From Octopus bimaculoides (lineage: Eukaryota), in the NCBI RefSeq assembly GCF_001194135.2, contig NC_068993.1, positions 34,114,300 through 34,149,417 of the forward strand: a stretch of DNA of 35,118 bases, written 5' to 3'. Numbering within the stretch: the stretch's first letter is position 1; each line of letters opens with the position of its first letter. The notes beneath the pieces were generated by a model. The model saw nothing but the letters and a program-made list of their open reading frames with translations. It had not been told where the DNA came from and searched no databases. The position numbers and the translations under genes were made by a program. Of this stretch, positions 1 to 12,150 are shown piece after piece.

Positions 1-552
1 CAGTCTGTTCAGGAGAACTTTCGGGCCGGGGCCCATGGATAATTTCCAAAGGTCCCTCGCCTGGCAGTGCTACCAAGGTGCGCTACCTGTTCGAGATAAA
101 CTCTACCGGCCTGCCCGAGGTGCGCTCAGGACGACGAAACCGTTCTGCACGCACTCGTCCAGTGCCCGAGCATTGCTGACCTGTGGGTTTATATTGAACA
201 GCTACTGTCACGTGTAGGACGGATCCGGCTATCAGCTGAATCCATCGTGAGGATTGACCCGCCGACCTCCTTTAACCGGGAGGGCAAGGCAATTTTCTTA
301 TTTTTTCTGACCAGGCTCCCGTGGTTATATGGATTTTTCCACGTGTAACCTTTCCTTTTTCGAAGCGCCTCCCCCTTTGGGAGTTCTATTTATTTAATTA
401 TCTATTTATTTATTATATCTTTCTCCGTTTTCTTCCTCTGTTTAGACGAACTTTCCTACCTTTTCGGACAAAACCTTTTGTAACCTTCGTCCTGTCATTG
501 TCCTTACATGTTTTTAATTGATATTAGCCTTTGTGGCCAATAAAACGAATTA

Positions 553-601
<49 letters not shown>
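1..601 (+). mobile_element. 3' end of a Tx1/L1-type non-LTR retrotransposon (zf-RVT-like CCHC region, 3' UTR, AATAAA, (ATT)n tail), decayed
   Basis: FQRSLAWQCYQGALPVRDKLYR is followed, after a frameshift/deletion near 108-111, by CPRCAQDDETVLHALVQCPSIADLW (112 onward, stop 346-348). This matches the W..ALP..D.L / C..C...ET..H....C....W C-terminal signature of L1/Tx1 ORF2. A pyrimidine-rich UTR, AATAAA at 539-544 and (ATT)n at about 553-601 follow. Confidence 0.75.
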
Positions 602-602
<1 letters not shown>

Positions 603-944
603 GAATGACCAGTTTCAGAACTCTGATATTGGAAAATATCAAGTGCTTCAACATAATTAAAAGTATCAAAGTTAAAATAGATAGCAGCTACTTTTACAAC
701 TCAGTGTTTTATCTAAAACATTGCTACATTCAATGAAAATCCGAATGCTTAATAGATGTGAACAGGTGTCGACTGGACATAGGACCCAGAATGGGAAGCA
801 AGGTCGGAAGGAGCTTCTCCAGAATGTAGACTTTCAACAGATGGGAGATGTACGGTCGGAATGTAGATGTGACATTAACTAATTGCAGATAACACTGGTA
901 GGGTATCTAACAGTTGCTCCTAACAATTCCATGCACAGAAGCAA

Positions 945-1161
945 TCTTTTATCTTTTACTTGTTTCAATCATTAGACTGCAGCCATGCTGGGACACCGCC
1001 TTGAAGGGTTTTTTAGTCGAACAAATCGACTCCAGGGCTCACTTTTTAAAAGCCTAGTACTTATTCTTTTGGTCGATTTTGCCAAACCACGAAGTTATAA
1101 ACACACCAACACCGCGGTGGTGAGAGGACAAACACAGACACAAAGACACACAAGCAGATAT

Positions 1162-1203
<42 letters not shown>

Positions 1204-1359
1204 ATTATTTGCAAGACGGGCTTCTACCAAATCCGCTCACAAGGCTTTAGTCGGCTTAAGGCTATAGTAGAAGACACTTGCCCAAAGTGCCATGCAGGGT
1301 GACTGAACCTGGAACCATGTTATGGAAAGCGAGCTTCTTACCCCACAGCCACACCCGTG
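945..1359 (-). mobile_element. tRNA-derived SINE family A (long, internal microsatellite)
   Basis: Reverse complement matches the copy at 28216-28669 over head (GGCTGTG.GGTAAGAAGC, GGTTCAGTC), body (CTTGGGCAAGTGTCTTCTACTATAGCC), internal (CA)n and 3' end (GACTGAAACAAGTAAAAG-like). Confidence 0.85.
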
Positions 1360-1959
1360 CTAATGTAAAAATGTAAAAATGAATACATTTATCGAAAGAA
1401 ACATGACCGCAACAGGGTTTGAACTTACGAAACTGTAGCTGGCAGTCGTATATATCTTATATACGGTAATTTTGCCTTAAATAATTGGCAACGAGTGGCA
1501 ATAATGCAGAATGAAAGATTCGGTGAGTTAAAACAATCGTTCCAAATTATGTTTCTTTTAATAACCCTTTTACAATAGGGAATAGGAAATATTATAAAAA
1601 TTGTTATACACGTCGACCAATCAAGTTTCTGTATTTGTATGAAACAAAACTCTTTCTGTTTTTCTTAATCAATCGGTTTGATGTAGACCTTGTGGCATAT
1701 ATTACTTATTTTAGTTGTTGTTATTTATCCTATGTCATCACTAATTTAAAAGACCTGGAATGAAATGCATTTCAGTTATGGCCATCTTATGTTTTCTTTC
1801 TCTTTTGGAAATAGTATCTGAGTCAAAAGGATATAATTTGATAGATATTTAACTGCTATTTCTAGTTGGTTAAACGATCTCGTAGAGACTCCCTTATTGC
1901 TTAGTCGGAGGTATATTTAATTACAGCTGTGTGTTCTTGCTCGATAAGTGATCGTTCAC

Positions 1960-2300
1960 TTGATTCGTTCGTTCCTGATTTTCGTTTTGGATCATTTTCT
2001 TCGTGCTCTTCGTTTTCGTTTTCGTTTTCCTTTTATCTTCGTTATGTTTTTAATGTTATTTTCTTTAATCCTTTCGCCTTTCTCTTTGTTCCTCCTTCGT
2101 TTCCTCTTCATCATTATTATTATTCACCATGTTAACGACTACCACCATAACGATAACAACGACGACCATGACGGCGACCACAATCATAACTACCCCCCCA
2201 GCATCACCGTCACCACCCTGGTCGTCGCCGCCGTCGTCTTAGTCGTCATCATCATCATCATCATCATCCTCATCATAATAATCAACAACACTAAAATTAT
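1960..2300. repeat. Compound low-complexity tract ((TTCG)/(TTTTCG), then (CAT)/(GAC)/(CAC)/(GTC) trinucleotides)
   Basis: Motifs visible directly in the sequence. Confidence 0.8.
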
Positions 2301-2753
2301 TCATTGATTAAAAGTCGTTTATTTATTTGTTTTATTTCATTTTCTTAGTTTTTGTGAGACTGCTTTAAAATAAATGCGCTTATCATTAAAAGACCATATT
2401 TGTAATCAATTTACGCTTTCAATAGCATGGGGTAAAAACCTTTAAATTTGATTAATGTTTCCTTGTTAAAATCACAACGTCAAAGAAGAGACTATGTACG
2501 CTAGATTTAGTACGTTCTCACAACTAGTGTCATACACTAGTTCAGTTATCTTTTCCTAGTTTACAGGGAAAACGAACATTCGCATCTAAACTAATTCTAC
2601 ATAAGGTGTCACTGCTTTATAACAAAATACACGTTTTTTATTTTGTTTTACTAACGACTAATTTTTTAATCGCTTAAATATAACTTATACATATGTGTGT
2701 GTATGTTAGTGTGTGTCTATGCGTTCGTGCGTGCTTATATATANNNNNNNNNN

Positions 2754-2789
<36 letters not shown>

Positions 2790-3000
2790 TCTTACTCTTT
2801 TCTCTCCTTTACTTGTTTCAGTCATTTGACTGTAGTCATACTGGGCAACGCCTTTAGTCGAGCAAATCGACCCCAAGACTTATTCTTTGGAAGCCTAGTA
2901 CTTATTCTATCGGGGACGTAAACACACCAGCATCGGTTGTCAAGTGATGCTTGGGGGACAAACACAGACACACAAACATATACACACACAAACATACACA
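2790..3000 (-). mobile_element. SINE family A, 3' half, truncated by assembly gap
   Basis: TTTACTTGTTTCAGTCATTTGACTG...TTTAGTCGAGCAAATCGACCCC...AGCCTAGTACTTATTCT...CACACCAGCATCGGTTGTCAAG is collinear with 945-1150 and with the reverse complement of 28480-28669. Confidence 0.85.
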
Positions 3001-3872
3001 NNNNNNNNNNNNNNNNNNNNNNNNNNNNNNNNNNNNNNNNNNNNNNNNNNNNNNNNNNNNNNNNNNNNNNNNNNNNNNNNNNNNNNNNNNNNNNNNNNNN
3101 NNNNNNNNNNNNNNNNNNNNNNNNNNNNNNNNNNNNNNNNNNNNNNNNNNNNNNNNNNNNNNNNNNNNNNNNNNNNNNNNNNNNNNNNNNNNNNNNNNNN
3201 NNNNNNNNNNNNNNNNNNNNNNNNNNNNNNNNNNNNNNNNNNNNNNNNNNNNNNNNNNNNNNNNNNNNNNNNNNNNNNNNNNNNNNNNNNNNNNNNNNNN
3301 NNNNNNNNNNNNNNNNNNNNNNNNNNNNNNNNNNNNNNNNNNNNNNNNNNNNNNNNNNNNNNNNNNNNNNNNNNNNNNNNNNNNNNNNNNNNNNNNNNNN
3401 NNNNNNNNNNNNNNNNNNNNNNNNNNNNNNNNNNNNNNNNNNNNNNNNNNNNNNNNNNNNNNNNNNNNNNNNNNNNNNNNNNNNNNNNNNNNNNNNNNNN
3501 NNNNNNNNNNNNNNNNNNNNNNNNNNNNNNNNNNNNNNNNNNNNNNNNNNNNNNNNNNNNNNNNNNNNNNNNNNNNNNNNNNNNNNNNNNNNNNNNNNNN
3601 NNNNNNNNNNNNNNNNNNNNNNNNNNNNNNNNNNNNNNNNNNNNNNNNNNNNNNNNNNNNNNNNNNNNNNNNNNNNNNNNNNNNNNNNNNNNNNNNNNNN
3701 NNNNNNNNNNNNNNNNNNNNNNNNNNNNNNNNNNNNNNNNNNNNNNNNNNNNNNNNNNNNNNNNNNNNNNNNNNNNNNNNNNNNNNNNNNNNNNNNNNNN
3801 NNNNNNNNNNNNNNNNNNNNNNNNNNNNNNNNNNNNNNNNNNNNNNNNNNNNNNNNNNNNNNNNNNNNNNNN
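3001..3872. other. Assembly gap (N run); other gaps at 2744-2753, 16451-16536, 21421-21503, 31729-31738, 32245-32451, 33468-33477
   Basis: Runs of N, most flanked by microsatellites, typical of short-read scaffolds. Confidence 1.
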
Positions 3873-4178
3873 CAGGAAACCCCAAAATGGCTGAAGTCCA
3901 AAAGATAGTGCTCATGGGAACTGCCCATATCCTACGTAAAATACTGTCTATGTGATCTCAAATTTTAAAGCAAACATAATTTTCTTATGGTTTCTTAAAC
4001 ATTCACTTGAACAAAACTGTACAAATCCAAATATATGGTACCCTAGGCATAACACCTACATGAACTTCTAACTTGTTGTCTCTTGAGGTCTCTGGGTGAG
4101 ACTTGGATCCAACTTGTACAAATGCAAAACAAAAGTCAAACATAAAATAATAATAATAATATTAATAATAATAATAAT
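3873..4178 (+). mobile_element. R4/Dong-type LINE 3' end (ORF C-terminus, 3' UTR, (TAA)n)
   Basis: GNPKMAEVQKIVLMGTAHILRKILSM* (stop 3953-3955) matches the R4/Dong RLE C-terminal QK..L.GTAHILR..L motif. UTR runs into an imperfect (TAA)n at about 4145-4178. Confidence 0.8.
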
Positions 4179-5108
4179 CTACAGTTTTCGAACACACAAA
4201 CGATCAGCTTTAAGAACTTTAATATCTACAACTTCTGTGAATATCTATCCTTTCCTTTCTGCCTGAGTATTCGAAAATGTGAACAGTCTCTTTATTCTAA
4301 GAACACTACAGTTTTCTCTGTTCCGACAAACAGAATATCATCTCTAGTAAATGTTAAAACTTTAATATCTACAATTTTGTGTGAAAATTTTATCTTTCTT
4401 TTTTCCCTGACAACCTGAATATGTAAACATGCCTTTTATTGTAACAACACAATTAAATGCACAATAAAAATCAAAAAAAAAATTAAGGTGGTAACAATTG
4501 TAAAGACTGTAAACCACAGCAAAACTTATAAAAAGAAAATAAAAGTTTCAAAGGAAAAAAAGAAAAAAAGAAATTCAGAAATTCAAAAATTCGACGGGGT
4601 GAATATCAGCATATATATGTATATATATATATATAATAATAATAATAATTTTTTCTCTCAGTAATTAAAAATAGAACAAGTTGAATTGGTTCTTTTCAAG
4701 GCCAAGGTCAACGCTCTCATTGAATGCTAGTAGTAGTAAACACATTTGATCTCTGCTGACTCCAAGGGTGTGAGGCCGCTTTTGTCTCCTTATCGCACAA
4801 GTATTGCCCATTGCTGATCTCTTCGCCATCTGCTGAATCTATCTACAGACCTGTGGAATTTAATCTACTCACTATGCTGTCTCGCTTGCTACTACTTTCG
4901 CCTTAAGCACTCACATATTTATGATCATGTGAAGTGCAAGACAAAAGTTGAAACTAAACAACATACAATAATACCTTTTAATAATAAATAGAAATGATAA
5001 TGATGGTAATAATGATAATAACAATAGTTTAGCCAGAACTCATGTCGGATCGGAGGAAATATTAACAATGACAAATAGTAGTAGAAAAATGGAAACAATA
5101 ATATCAGT

Positions 5109-5121
5109 GATGATGATGATG

Positions 5122-5180
<59 letters not shown>
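5109..5180. repeat. (GAT)n(AAT)n microsatellite
   Basis: Direct observation. Confidence 0.95.
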
Positions 5181-5181
<1 letters not shown>

Positions 5182-5418
5182 TAGCGGCGAAAGAATTTGA
5201 CAAGATCAGTAAATATAAAGACTTGCTAATAGAAATTGAAAAAATGTGGCACCTCAAGGCGACTACCATACCAGTGATTGTAGGATCTCTAGGAATGATA
5301 AAAAAAAAGGTACTGAAATCTATTTGAAATGATACCAGGCTTACCATCTCTACAGGAGGTGCAAAAAATCGTGCTAACTGGAACGACTCATGTACTAAGA
5401 AGAGCATTATCGCTGTGA
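5181..5418 (+). mobile_element. 5'-truncated R4/Dong-type LINE fragment (RLE C-terminus)
   Basis: IAAKEFDKISKYKDLLIEIEKMWHLKATTIPVIVGSLGMIKK..(frameshift/stop)..IPGLPSLQEVQKIVLTGTTHVLRRALSL* matches the KE.EK..KY.DL..EI..MW...PVIIGALG...QK..L.GT..ILR motif series. Confidence 0.85.
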
Positions 5419-5420
5419 AA

Positions 5421-5910
5421 TATGAGGAGAAGTCGTTTTTACTTTCAGGAAAATGTTATGTGATAAACTCATTGACGCCGGGTTGAAAATCGTAACGGAA
5501 AATTTTCCAGAAATTCCAATACAACCAACCATTTTTTCTCACACAGAATTTCTAACATACAATCCACACTGCACACTGTTTATTCACCACACCAGGAACA
5601 ATCATTTTGTTTTGTCAACCAATTTTCTCGGAGATGTTTATATTTATGACAGTTTGAACTTACCAGCTTCGCAGGAACTAATGGCACAAATAACAGCATT
5701 GTATTCACCACAAACAAACATTATTCCTACAATTCAACAAGTTCATATAATTAATCCCCAAGTTGGCGCATATGATTGTGGCCTTTTCGCCCTGGCATAT
5801 GCATATGAACTGGTCATTGGAAACGCTCCAGAGAAGTTTCTATTTGATCAGTCAAAAATTGCGAGCACATTTAAGATTTTGCCTCGAAAACAATAAATTT
5901 GTTCCTTTCC
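5421..5910 (+). pseudogene. Ulp1/SENP-like (clan CE, C48) cysteine protease domain at the PLE N-terminus
   Basis: L.SG.ML.D..ID, then NHF (His codon 5603-5605), YDSL (Asp 5648-5650), Q-x5-C in NPQVGAYDCGLFALA (Gln 5759-5761, Cys 5777-5779). FDQSK/LRAHLRFCLENNKFVPFP continues after removing one A from the run at 5854-5858. Confidence 0.8.
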
Positions 5911-8658
5911 CGAAAGTAAAGGTTTTTCAAATGTCTACAAAAACCACAGAAGTCATTCACTTACTATCACCCACCCAGAAATGGATTACCCCTAGAAAGA
6001 TGACTAAAAATTATAACTTCTTACATGAACATTCACAACAAATTTTATCACCCAATAGGTTCCGCGTTTTAAGTGAATATTTCCAGCAAAGCCCAAAAAG
6101 TAGTCAGGAATCTAATGAAAAAAAGACTCTGAAAACCACTTGCCCAAGAAAAAACATCGCATTAGAGAATAACTCGGTCATAAATTTATCTAAACTAAAA
6201 CTTTCGCCCGACAATGTCTCAGTCTTAGAGCTTGGACTGAGTTTTTGACCAAGCACTAAGAATTTCGACAAGGATGAACTGACTCAAGGGCTATTCCAGT
6301 TTGTCCGCCGCCACAAGCTGAAAGAATATTTTTTTGACAAAAAGCTGGTAACGAGGTGTCCGAAAACCCTATGTTACTAAAAATGATGATGATCGAATCT
6401 GGCATAATTGGATTGAAAAGTATCTCAATTAGCATCCAGATAAAGTTCGGGGTGGACGTTCACAAGCACTACTGGAATTTCTTGAATCTTGCCAGGAAGG
6501 CATTAGAGGAAGCCTTAAATCAAGTGGAAAGAAGTCCTGGAATAACCTCACAAATTCCCAACGTTACGCACTCCGACGTCTAGTTAATAACGATTCTATT
6601 GTTATTAAGATGGCGGATAAGGGAGGCGCTATCGTCATTATAGACAAAAGTGAGTATATTTCGGCTTGTGAAGAAGTTTTAAATGACAAAACTTCATATG
6701 AAGAATTACCTGTCGACCCAAACCCCAATTACAGAGAGGAACTTGACAAAATAATTCTGGAAAAGGAGGAAAACAATTTCGTTAATAAGGCTGAATCTAA
6801 GATTCTAAGGTCAGAAAGAAGAACACCTGTATTTTATGGTCTCCCTAGAATACACAAAATGTTCGAAAGATTTCCTCCAATGCGCCCAATTTGCAGTGGA
6901 TATGAATGTTGCACGGCCAAAATTTCGGAATGACTGGATGGCTTTCAACTCCCAGTTGCAAAAGGATCAAGTTCCTATATTTGGGATACCTTTGCTTTTG
7001 TATCTAAAATCAACAACTTTTTTAAGCGCTGAGGCCGTATTGAGAACTGTCTTTTGGTAACCATGGATGTTTCTTCCTTATATCCCAATATTGACTACAA
7101 TGAAGGGGTAGAAGCATGCATGGATGCCTTCGAAAACCGGTAAAACAAAAGTAGTCCATCAAATTCACTCTGTAGATTATTGAAGTTTTTGTTAGAAAGT
7201 AACACAATGAAGTTTAGACAAATATTTTACCACCAGACGAAGGGTTGCGCCATGGGTAACCCCATGGCAGTTAATTTCGCTAATGTCTTCATGACGAAAT
7301 TCGAGACACAGTTACTGAAGATATTCAAATCTCTTCATGGTCATGAGCCAATACTCTGGTTACGGTTCATTGACGACGTAGTTTTTCGTCTGGGATGGAT
7401 CACAGGATAGTTTAATGGACTTCTTGAATTTCTGTGACTGTTATGCAAGAAACTATGGCTTTAAATACAACATAAAATTTACGTCTAGTTTTTCAAAACT
7501 AGCGTTGAATGTTTGGACACAAAAGTCAAGTTTTCTGGAGGCAGAATAGTGACAAAGTTATTTTGCAAGCCCACGTCATCCCACATTTATCTCCACCACC
7601 GCTCCAATCATCTACATCATCTTATTAGGTCAAATCCGAAAACCCAATTTTTTGAGGATAAAACGGATTTGTACTGACATAGGGGATTACTGGAAATATG
7701 CAAATGCTTTTGTATGTCATTATGTCAAACGCGGTTACAGTGAATCACGATTAAAGGAAATAGCAAATGAAATAGCTAAGATTAGCAAAGATAGTCAAAC
7801 CTACACGCATAATTTTAGCAAACACAATACAATAGATGACAGAATTCCTTTAGTGATTATCTGGCACCGACATTTCGCTGGCATTTCAAAAGTGTTGCAT
7901 GAAAGTTACCAGCATGTGGCGAAAAATATCCTCGTTTCAAACAGATATTTCTTCAGCAGCCTATTGTATCCTTTAGACAGAATAAGAAAACGAACATTGG
8001 AGTATCTGCACGCTGTACCTTAAAGAACAGCCGCAAGAGAGGTAAGTCCTGTTCATTGTGCAACAACATAAGTGAAGTGAATTCCATCAGAAATCCTAAC
8101 AGGAATGTTATGATTTATACAGAAGGTGGAACTTGTACGCTGCCGAATGCACGAAACACAACTGAATTTATGTTGGCTGTAGAACAGAACAATTAAACGA
8201 AAGGTTTAATGGGCACAGATTCGACGTCAGGCATAATAACAGTAGTTCGACAGAACTTGCTGAACATTTCGTTTCAAGCGGGTGCAATTTTGAAGAAGAC
8301 TTGAAAGTACATATTCTCAGAAAATATTCTGAATCTGCTCCACTTTCACTTCTCAGAATGTATGAGGAGTAATATGTTTGCGGTTGTTAACATCACGCCC
8401 TGGAGGAATGAATAAGATGACAGGAGACTATCATCAAATTTATACAAAACTGTTTGATTAAATATTTTTCTTTCTCTCTTTTTCTTTCCTTTTTTTTCTG
8501 TCATCTTTTTTCTATTTTTATGTCTTTTTCTTTCGCCTGTTATAAAATTGTAACTTAAAAACTGATGATGTCATTCCATGAATGTTTGGACGCTGGCTGC
8601 TCTCGTTCATACTTTACGTTTAAACTTCTGTAATTTTGAATTTTTATCACTCCTTATT

Positions 8659-8701
8659 TTGAACTTGACAAAGACAGACGTACTGTTGAAATATCGTTCA
8701 A
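8659..8701 (+). ncRNA. Minimal type I hammerhead ribozyme motif (U3:A8 variant) in the PLE 3' region
   Basis: Stem I TTGAAC (8659-8664)/GTTCAA (8696-8701); core TTGACAA(A); stem II GACAG-ACGTA-CTGTT; GAA-A; palindromic ATAT mini stem III; predicted cleavage after C8695 (AUC). Confidence 0.7.
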
Positions 8702-8787
8702 CTAATAAAATATCTTACAATCGAATCGCGCTCTTCGTCTTGACTGTTTACCTTCGTGAAGTGTTACGTCAATCCTTTTTAAAATAT

Positions 8788-8793
8788 TCTTCT

Positions 8794-8840
<47 letters not shown>

Positions 8841-8863
8841 TTCTTCTTCTTCTTCTTCTTCTT

Positions 8864-8893
<30 letters not shown>
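8788..8893. repeat. (TTC)n microsatellite between the PLE 3' end and a Dong 3' end
   Basis: Direct observation. Confidence 0.95.
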
Positions 8894-10089
<1,196 letters not shown>

Positions 10090-10299
10090 AAGGCGGCGAG
10101 CTGGCAGAATCGTTAGCACACCGAGCGAAATGCTTAGCAGTATTTCGTCTGTAGCTACGTTCTGAGTTCAAATTCCGCCGAGGTCGACTATGCCTTTCAT
10201 CCTTCGGGGTCGATAAATTAAATACCAGTTGAGTACTGGGTCGATGTAATCGACTATCCGTCTCCCTCGAATTTCAGGCCTTGTGCCTAGAGTAGAAAG

Positions 10300-10376
<77 letters not shown>
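10090..10376 (+). mobile_element. tRNA-derived SINE family B, near full length, with (ATT)n tail
   Basis: A-box-like GAGCTGGCAGAATCG and B-box-like GAGTTCAAATTCC. Central GAGGTCGACT.TGCCTTTCATCCTTCGGGGTCGATAAA resembles the Meta/MESC SINE domain (from memory). Matches copies at 13518, 17061, 17286 and 25513. Confidence 0.85.
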
Positions 10377-10377
<1 letters not shown>

Positions 10378-12004
10378 GTGCCTGCGTGCGCGGGTGTGTG
10401 TGAGTACGCGTGCGTATGTTTTTGTGTACACTATTGCAACTAAATTAACTTTTCTCATTTCTAAGATTGATTCACAGGTATCTTATATAAGCCATGGAAC
10501 TTAAGCAAATATACATTTTTCAACAGAATAAAATAGTTGGGAGCGTACAATTAACTCTTAATTTCCTGTAATGCACAGTACGACACAAATCTCCTTTAGT
10601 CAACTATCCTTGAAATGCACGTCACCACAAGATCGTACTAATTTGTTTAGATTCATCTTGAAAGAAGTGAGAAACTCTCTGTTCTAAATGGGAAATCTAG
10701 TCTCTCCTATCATTTTCAGTTTCTTTTCTCTAATAGACTCATTGAATTTAAATGTTCTGTACTACTTCCTTTTGCAAAAAAGAGCTTACTAAGACAGCTT
10801 TTGCTTTCATGATGCAATTAGTCCTGAAACAGAGTCAATGCAATAATTTATTTGCTCTTGTCAACTAATACCGGCTTTGCTTCTATTAAATAGTGTATAT
10901 CTTGTGAAGGAGAGGTAGACTGAAGATTTACTCGTTGTATAACTTGAGTACATTAATTCGCTTTATATCTGTTGAAGATATTCTCGATGGAAAAGCATAT
11001 CACTATTCCTGTTGCTAAGTATCATTTGTATTTAATGACACAAGTACGTATCCCATGGAGGCATGAAAAGCATATACTTAAGTGGGGGTAGTATTTTATG
11101 TAGTGAGCTAATGATGTTTGATCGATTAGATTTACACAGGTAATGAAAAGAAAATTAAGTAGCATAATGGTAATTTTAGCAAAAAAAAGTCAAGGGATAA
11201 AACAGTGAAATTGAGTGAGTCTGGTATTTGGTTAGTTGACTGACAATTCAGAACATGCTTTAGTCTCAGTCATATTTGTATTCCATTTACCAAAGATAAA
11301 CTCGTTTCTCAATGCATTTTGTCCATCAGTTATTGAGGAATTTGAATTTTATGTCTTTGTTCCTTTTACCATGCACTTACAAAGACCTCATTTAAATTTT
11401 TAAAGGATTTGACATGTGTTAGTAAACCTAGAAAGTAATCGACGTCTGTAAGTGAAACAACGTTATATTATAGTTAGGAATGTTAGGTAGAGACAAATAA
11501 TATTGCAAGTGTTGCTTGGGAATAAATGGCAGCAATATTTCATAATTACTGTTTTCTGTAGATTATATTGTTGCAAGTTAGTGGGGAGTTTGACTGCGTG
11601 TGCATCAATAAATAAGAATGCAGCAGATAAGAGTTATATTACATCGTTACTTGAGGTAGCAACAGATATCGGAGTTGGAGAGATAAAAGATGAAAGAGAA
11701 TTGCATGTGTGAATAAACGTCAATAATAACTGTTTCTAAGAAAGAACGACAGTAGATTTTGAGGGGAGAAAATTTAGTCAATTATATTGACCCCATGATT
11801 TATGTGATACTTTATCTTTTTGATACAGAAGAATGAAATGAAAGAAGAATGAATATGTTGAGATTACAAAAAAACGGAAAAGGATAGCGCAAGGCAATCT
11901 GTTTAGCGCTCTAGCGACTTTTACCAGCTCAGTAATATCTAACACTTATAACATTATATAAGCATTTTAACTGAGACGCGAGGATAGAGACTTGAGAGGA
12001 GAGA

Positions 12005-12150
12005 GTAATCGATATAATGGACCACCAATATTTTGACTGGTATGTTATTTTATCGACCCTAGATGGCAAAGTTGACTCCAGCGGGCTTTAAACTTAGAAC
12101 GTAAAGAGCTGGAAGAAGCACCACAAAGCATTTTGTCCGACGCTGTAACA
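12005..12150 (-). mobile_element. Degraded SINE family B copy (similar remnants near 12860-12985 and 16570-16680)
   Basis: ACTGGTA..TTATTTTATCGACCC...GGCAAAGTTGAC..CAGCGG..TTTAAACTTAGAACGTAAAG is the reverse complement of the family B core. Confidence 0.6.

Larger units (their letters stand above)
5421..8790 (+). mobile_element. Decayed Penelope-like element (C-terminal endonuclease type, Neptune/Poseidon-like): protease-like domain, RT, GIY-YIG, 3' UTR with hammerhead
   Basis: PLE N-terminal motif NSVINLSKLKLSPDNVSVLELGLSF*PS (6171 onward) and FVRRHKLKEYF. RT motifs: ADKGGAIVI (6613), FYGLPRIHK, MRPICSG, SYIWDT, TMDVSSLYPNI (7063), QTKGCAMG, WLRFIDDV (FIDD 7366-7377), H.Y.H..S.H. Endonuclease motifs: CSLC, IYVG (8166-8177), LNERFNGHRFD, LAEHF; frame ends at 8459-8461. 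Multiple stops and frameshifts. Confidence 0.9.

Noticed and set aside
1929-2307. Hydrophobic 119-aa and 68-aa ORFs resembling membrane proteins
   Set aside because: Derived from low-complexity simple repeats, with no domain signature.
2822-3955. Long ORFs of 316-368 aa in the ORF track
   Set aside because: They consist almost entirely of X from the N gap.
6246-6248. In-frame TGA at a usually Cys position (GLSF*PS) as selenocysteine recoding, as described for some Naiad PLEs
   Set aside because: The same frame has other stops (TGA 6931-6933 at a likely Trp, TGA 7030-7032, TAA 7141-7143) and frameshifts, so simple decay explains it. The element is C-terminal-endonuclease type, not Naiad.
8562-8600. 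CTGATGA as a second hammerhead core
   Set aside because: No properly spaced stem II plus GAAA follows.
11571-11712. Possible exon after TTTTCTGTAG
   Set aside because: No recognisable protein, AT content like background and a weak donor site.
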